From: Acholeplasmataceae bacterium
GTDB lineage: Bacteria; Bacillota_I; Bacilli_A; Acholeplasmatales; Acholeplasmataceae
Reading direction: 5' to 3'
Assembly (NCBI GenBank): GCA_041677585.1
Contig: JBAYPP010000001.1
Coordinates: 1-35,457, forward strand
Length of the DNA stretch: 35,457 nucleotides
A program made the position numbers and the translations under genes. Under the pieces are notes generated by a model. The model was not told the DNA's origin, did not search any database, and was given only the letters and a program-made list of their open reading frames with translations. Numbering within the stretch: the stretch's first letter is position 1; each line of letters starts with the position of its first letter. Shown here piece by piece: positions 34,270-35,457 of the stretch.

Positions 34270-34294
34270 CTATTAGTTTTGTTAAAATGCAAAT

Positions 34295-35017
34295 TTACTT
34301 AGTATTCTTGGAAATCTTTTCCATTAATGCTTGAACAGCTTTTATTCGCTTAGCCTTATTATATAAATCCTTGCGTTTATGATAGGTTTGAGAAAGCGCT
34401 TGTTCATTTCGCCATTTTTGAATATTTTCATGATGGCCTGACAATAACACTTCCGGCACTTGATGACCTAGATAGTTTTCTGGTTTTGTGTATTGCGGGT
34501 ATTTTAGTAAGTGGTTTTCTAAACTATCGTTCTTTACCGAGTCTTCTAAAATGACACCCGGAATCAGCCGTACGACTGCGTCTGCAATAACCATCGCCGC
34601 TAGTTCTCCACCGGTTAAGATGAAATCGCCAATCGATAATTCAAAGTCAACATAATCCAAAACTCGAGCATCAACGCCCTCATAATGACCACAGATGAAA
34701 ATCAAGTGTTTGTTTTTTGCCAATCTTCTAGCCGTCTGTTGTTTAAAAACTTTTCCTTGTGGCGATAACAGGATAATAACACTATCTTTTGATTTTAAGG
34801 CCATCAGGGCGTCATATAGTGGTGGAAAAGCCATTACCATTCCTTCGCCGCCGCCATATGGTGTATCATCTACCTTATGATGTTTGCTGTGGCTATACTT
34901 CCGAATGTTATGAACAGAAATTGATACTTTGTGTCTAATAATTGCTTTTTTGATAATTGATGTATCTAAAAAGTTTACAAACATTTCCGGAAACACGGTT
35001 AAAATATCAATCTTCAT
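34295..35017 (-). CDS. trmD: tRNA (guanine37-N1)-methyltransferase
   Basis: 240 aa. MKIDILTVFPEMF, DDTPYGGGEGMVM and LICGHYEGVDARV are canonical TrmD motifs. The start overlaps the rimM stop (ATGA). Confidence 0.95.
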   Translation of the reverse strand: MKIDILTVFPEMFVNFLDTSIIKKAIIRHKVSISVHNIRKYSHSKHHKVDDTPYGGGEGMVMAFPPLYDALMALKSKDSVIILLSPQGKVFKQQTARRLAKNKHLIFICGHYEGVDARVLDYVDFELSIGDFILTGGELAAMVIADAVVRLIPGVILEDSVKNDSLENHLLKYPQYTKPENYLGHQVPEVLLSGHHENIQKWRNEQALSQTYHKRKDLYNKAKRIKAVQALMEKISKNTK

Positions 35018-35457
35018 AACAATCCCTCAATCATCTTAATAACAATCCTATCTTCATTGATTTCCGCGATAAAATGTTCGCTAAATGGGATCAATGTTTT
35101 TTTGCCTGAGCTTTGTCTGACTTCAATCATATGTCCCTGCGGAACTTCCAATACACGAATGACAGTTCCAATCAGCTCACCTTTATCACCAAAAACATCT
35201 TTATCAACTAAATCGTGATAATGAAATTCATCTTCCAATAACTCGTCTCTTGGATCATCATTACTATATAAATCACAACCCTTAAAGGGAAGGATATTGT
35301 TGATATCATCGTATCCCTCAAACTTGACAATCAAAAGATTCTTTTGTTGTCTAACCGCTTTGATCTTTAAGATGTGATCTTGATTGTTTAAACGAACAAT
35401 AACTGTTTTATCAACGAAAAAGCGGTTAAAATCACTCAAATTGTAGATTTTAACCTC
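35014..35457 (-). CDS. rimM: 16S rRNA processing protein RimM (5-prime end outside the window)
   Basis: The reading frame stays open upstream of the ORF-track TTG at 35439 (...EVKIYNLSDFNRFF...) to the window edge. PRC-barrel-like C-terminal half. The rimM-trmD order is conserved. Confidence 0.88.
   Translation of the reverse strand, partial: EVKIYNLSDFNRFFVDKTVIVRLNNQDHILKIKAVRQQKNLLIVKFEGYDDINNILPFKGCDLYSNDDPRDELLEDEFHYHDLVDKDVFGDKGELIGTVIRVLEVPQGHMIEVRQSSGKKTLIPFSEHFIAEINEDRIVIKMIEGLL

Noticed and set aside
1-35457. Searched for CRISPR repeats, IS or transposase genes, integrases, long terminal inverted repeats, tRNA/rRNA genes, toxin-antitoxin pairs, and alternative genetic code (TGA as Trp, as in Mycoplasma).
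   Set aside because: No regularly spaced repeats or mobile-element genes were seen, and no intergenic region has tRNA-like GC content or structure. TGA acts as a genuine stop (tyrS at 29122-29124, xylB at 15236-15238), and all conserved genes are intact under the standard code.

Overview
AT-rich, Firmicutes-type chromosomal segment (Bacilli / Erysipelotrichia / Acholeplasma-like). It uses the standard genetic code: TGA ends tyrS and xylB, and no conserved gene needs TGA read-through. Most genes are on the minus strand and almost all are recognisable. There are three blocks. (1) 1-9.6 kb: two divergent M3B PepF oligoendopeptidases flank an Spx-family regulator and two uncharacterised membrane ORFs, followed by a T-box-controlled trpS and an O-antigen-ligase-like protein. 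(2) 9.7-24.6 kb: a sugar island with an MFS transporter, xylR divergent from xylA-xylB-xylG-xylH-SBP, a Gfo/Idh/MocA oxidoreductase plus mutarotase, DUF4256, a ROK kinase plus RpiB, and an aldo/keto reductase. (3) 24.7-35.5 kb: mscS-ktrA-ktrB, a cyclophilin, ccpA-tyrS-dagK, rplS, an LtaS-like gene inserted between trmD and rplS, then trmD and partial rimM. Promoters are mostly extended -10 type (TGnTATAAT), and several rho-independent terminators are readable. I saw no CRISPR array, transposase, integrase, tRNA/rRNA or recognisable defence or toxin-antitoxin module. I cannot honestly point to a clear novel multi-gene system. The least explained items are: the 416-bp non-coding spacer upstream of ccpA (strong promoter plus a 29-codon ORF); tyrS without a T-box, wired to ccpA through a hairpin; the Cys-rich tail on Spx; the self-contained 2-TM ORFan beside spx; the LtaS insertion in the rimM-trmD-rplS cluster; and the DUF4256-containing sugar cluster. 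Family calls come from motif and sequence recognition by eye, not from database searches.
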